A stretch of DNA of 64,000 bases. Source: Macrostomum hystrix. Lineage: Eukaryota > Animalia > Platyhelminthes. Within the stretch, counting starts at the first letter, position 1, and every line of letters begins with the position of its first letter. Where the stretch lies: NCBI GenBank assembly GCA_950097015.1, contig CATNEN010000038.1, positions 18,228,001 through 18,292,000 on the forward strand. Reading direction: 5' to 3'. Made by a program: the position numbers and the translations under genes. This document shows, one piece after another, positions 62,101 to 64,000 of this stretch. Below the pieces are notes generated by a model. It did no database searches and was not told the DNA's origin. It saw only the letters and a list, made by a program, of their open reading frames with translations.

Positions 62101-62862
62101 CCTCTCTTAAAATGAATAACACAATACAATTCTTCCACGAGGCACTCTTTTTATGTCTTGAACACTGACTCTGATTTCTTAAACCACAGAATGCAAGCGC
62201 TTTTTTTCGTAGACACACGGTCTCGCGGTTGGGTTTATTTTTCCTCTGCAAGCTGCGGTAATATTTATACAGGCAAATTAGAGTTTGTTTAAAACTTTGA
62301 TTTTTACAGAATAATATTCATACAGTATGCATTTAAAACAAAGAGATTCGTAATACACTACTATTGATGCGGTAACAAGTAAAACAGAATTATTTATTTT
62401 TTTGCGTATTTTTAACTTTCTAGGTTTTTATGAATATTTTTATGAAACAAAAACGTATCTACACTGTCAATATTATTTGCAGTCATTTGCGAAACGCATT
62501 GTTTTCACAAGTCATTTTTCATTTGGAACTTTCTTTGGGAAGTATATTTGCAATCAGTTTCGAATTTAAGCTGTGAACTCTTCATTTTTTATAGAGAACG
62601 AAAAAAGCAAAAGAGCTCTGTTCATGTGCTATTTTATTTTTGGCTAGCTATTTTATAACCGTAATTTGGGGCACAGCCTCGCAGAAAATGCTTTGGGGGG
62701 CTTATAAGCTCTTTGTGGACAACCCCCAGGATTCTCTGAGAGTACACAGCTGCTTGACGATAAAAAACTGGATAATTTTTACACACCTATTTGTGTGCTC
62801 GAATCTACTAAAATGTTTTGTTTCTATGTATCTAAATCTAAACTAAAAGAAATATCGGATTG

Positions 62863-63115
62863 AGTGGCATGGCAGAGCGGTTAAGGCGTTTGCCTCTCGC
62901 ACCAAGGTCCTGAGCTCGATTCCGCGGCGAAGCCACATTCATTTGGGGCGCAGCCACAGAGAGAAGGCTTGGAGGCTTTGTGTCGCAATTGACGCCCTTG
63001 AGGGCCAACCTCAAAAGAACAGTGAGAGTTTACACTGCCTGACGATGAGAAAGTCAGGGCAGATGTACACACCTGTGTGAGTGTGTGCTCAGGAGTCAGC
63101 GAAATGGGCAGAATT
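62863..63115 (+). mobile_element. SINE family A copy (3'-truncated)
   Basis: tggcagagcgg A-box; body homologous to the 12144 copy. Confidence 0.85.
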
Positions 63116-64000
63116 ATCTGTCACTAAATAAAATAATTTGAATCATTATTATTTATTAGGTAAAAAACTTTTCTATCGATCAGAAATTTCCCCTAGCGCT
63201 TCACTTCTTCTGACTAAGGTAGAAAAAAATCGAAATTTATGTCTACGTATTACACACGTGAGTATATTCCAGTTTAAATACGATTTTTATATTTGTATGT
63301 AATACAAATTTGTATTAAATAATATATACAAATCTTCTCATGTACCGCCGTAGAGGTAATAACGTCACCAGTAAGCAATGAACTGAGACCAAATTATGTC
63401 GTATTTAAAAGACCATGCGTAAATCTAATCCACATCGTGTCATCATAATACAGTCCAAGGCATTAATTAAGCACAACATGCATTAATAAACCCTAATATA
63501 GTCTTTATAGTGATCAATGCGTCGTGCAGCGACCCATCCACAATGTGTCCTACAGTGGCATGTTGTATTGTATATAGAAACCTATATATGATGGACCGAA
63601 TCACTTTTTCGACTGCTATCAAAAGACGAAACCATTTGGCAAAAATCATGGCGCTATTTTTCTACTGTCTGAATTTTGTCTTGCTGTTTGTGCTCACTGG
63701 TAAGCGAATTTTTACACAGTTCATTCATCCTGTCTGCTGGTACATAATTCTACTAGTACTTTATCTGCGCTGAATTGCATGAGCGTTCAGTCACTGGACA
63801 GATACCAAGTAACTTGCACAAATGAAGGACTGGAAATGCTGTTTGATTAATTTTAGTCTCAAAAAGCGATAAATAATAATTTCAGGTGCTGTCTTGACAA
63901 TTGCTCAAGACACAGGTGGGTCGACTAGAAGTAACACTTTGCCTGATTTTGACACTAGCGCACCTGTAGGCAACAGGGATTCTACAGCTGCACCTGCAGA

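Overview
Eukaryotic (animal) genomic DNA. The style (GC-rich exons, GT-AG introns filled with minisatellites, tRNA-SINEs) suggests a flatworm such as Macrostomum, but that assignment is inference only. The first 37 kb is gene-rich: the 3' exons of an unknown helical protein, a 7-exon GH63/MGH1-like (YMR196W-type) glucosidase, a PRC1/MAP65 gene, an intronless FoxG-type forkhead gene, TM9SF2 and an unknown coiled-coil gene. 37.5-57 kb is a transposon cluster: four truncated non-LTR elements and a ~11.9 kb Foldback/MULE-NOF element (DDE transposase + Ulp1-type protease + PHD finger) with a full-length Ty3/Gypsy element nested inside it. A type I membrane protein ORF and further small elements follow. 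Highlights: (1) the Gypsy LTRs are built like an hsp70 promoter, with three perfect HSE arrays just upstream of a TATA box; (2) a TSD-flanked ~450 bp palindrome carries two inverted minimal hammerhead ribozymes (Penelope-type); (3) ultra-short 38-59 bp TIR-only elements have 8-bp TSDs, and one of them was hit by a LINE. Exon boundaries and family calls were made by eye from GT/AG sites, frame continuity and remembered motifs; no searches were run.
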